A DNA stretch of 63,117 bases, filler included, from Octopus bimaculoides (taxonomy: Eukaryota), in NCBI RefSeq assembly GCF_001194135.2. It is 3 parts of 3 records of this genome, joined end to end, with 100 filler letters (N's around TTAATTAATTAA, not from the genome) between each part and the next. Parts side by side here need not be neighbours in the genome. Positions count along the whole stretch, not along the records: positions 61,143 to 63,117 come from NW_026308969.1; 2 more parts are not named here. The stretch is one strand, 5' to 3'. Below the pieces are notes generated by a model. That model ran no database searches and was not told the origin of the DNA. It worked only from the letters and a program-made list of their open reading frames with translations. The translations under genes were made by a program, and so were the position numbers. Shown here one piece after another: positions 62,051 to 63,117 of this stretch (its first letter is position 1; the number at the start of each line of letters is the position of its first letter).

Positions 62051-62827
62051 TAAATATAATTTAGAGAAGAACCACCATTATACAATTCAGACAATGAAAG
62101 ACCCCAATGACACCATCTAGAAAAAAATTCACTATAAAAATACTAATCTAAGAATTCAATAAAGCATAAAAAGTAATTGTAGTGAATTGGTTAAGCATAA
62201 AAGGTAAATAGCAATAAGTTAGCTACATGCATTTCATGGCTATATCAAAACAGATAAAATCAATTTAATTCAAAAATAAATCGATCCACATTTAATTCTA
62301 TTTAAAAATATAGTCACTCATCAGATCTAGAATAAAGATAAAAATCAATGTACGTATCTTACCACATAATAATTAATTAAAAATATAAATAAATATGTAT
62401 ATAAAAATACATGTTAATAAATAAATGAAAAACATTTAATAATATTACTTAAAATTAAAAGCATAATTTATCTTATCGAATAATTGCTGTGAGCTAATAA
62501 TAATCATCCATTAAGAAAAGAAATAAATATAGTAAAATCCATGTTAATACAATAAATAAATGAGAACATTTAACAATATTAATTGAAATTAAAAGCATGA
62601 TTTATCTTATCAACGAATTATCTGTTTTAATATAGCCACGAAACGCGCCTGGTCAACTTATTGCTATTTACCTTTTATGCTTTACCAATTCACTACTATT
62701 TACATTTTATGCTTTATTGAATTCTTAGAGTAGTATTTTTATAGTGTATTTTTTTTTCTGGATGGTGTCATTGGGGTCTTTCATTGTCTGGATTGTATAA
62801 TGGTGGTTCTTCTCTAAATTATATTTA
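62051..62827. mobile_element. Fold-back element with about 210-bp inverted arms, an internal direct duplication and a hammerhead-like motif
   Basis: 62051-62260 is the reverse complement of 62616-62827 at high identity. The spacer contains a direct duplication of about 75 bp (about 62404-62478 and 62535-62611). Confidence 0.8.
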
Positions 62828-63117
62828 CATACATATATTATATATTGTGAAATTTAATTTAGTATTACTAAATTGAATATTCCTCTGTACGTTTGGAATG
62901 ATATATTCCCTAATATTATTATAAATATAGATATATACACTTTATATATATAATATAGCAATAAGATTAGTGTTGCATTTTTCAATAATATTGTTTAATA
63001 TTTCTTTTTGATTTATTGGTAAAATAAGTATTTTTATATAAGTTCCTGTATTGTTAGTTTAAATTCCAGTAAAACGCTAAGTTAATAGTATAACGTTTAA
63101 ATTGTATTTTAAACGAA

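Overview
This is AT-rich eukaryotic genomic DNA, dense in microsatellites and SINEs, with 12 N-gaps. The SINE families and (TA)n/(CA)n/(GAT)n load look like a coleoid cephalopod, probably Octopus (inference from repeat-family recognition, no search run). Two 100-bp gaps carry an artificial TTAATTAATTAA six-frame-stop linker, so order and orientation across about 29.6 kb and 61.1 kb are assembly joins. Supported genes lie between 31 and 45 kb. (1) The last two coding exons of kintoun/DNAAF2 on the minus strand (44586-44744 and 42120-43544). (2) A large plus-strand terminal exon (34271-35608) of an uncharacterised protein with a MADS-box-like segment. (3) A minus-strand first coding exon (31011-31094, MCSEYEKLRLKNLADNRRVLAELGIRHS, CDCA7/WDR76-type N-terminal motif), head-to-head with gene 2 across an E2F/E-box/CCAAT/CHR-rich promoter. 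The rest is SINEs, LINE remnants (RTE, RLE type), a Tc1 transposase remnant, MITEs and tandem duplications. The most unusual signal is three 0.4-0.8 kb fold-back elements whose arms carry hammerhead-ribozyme-type cores (CTGANGA...GAAAC...GTH), plus several dispersed minimal hammerhead-like motifs, most consistent with Penelope-like retroelement pseudo-LTR derivatives. Almost all ORFs in the supplied track are gap, microsatellite or SINE artefacts.
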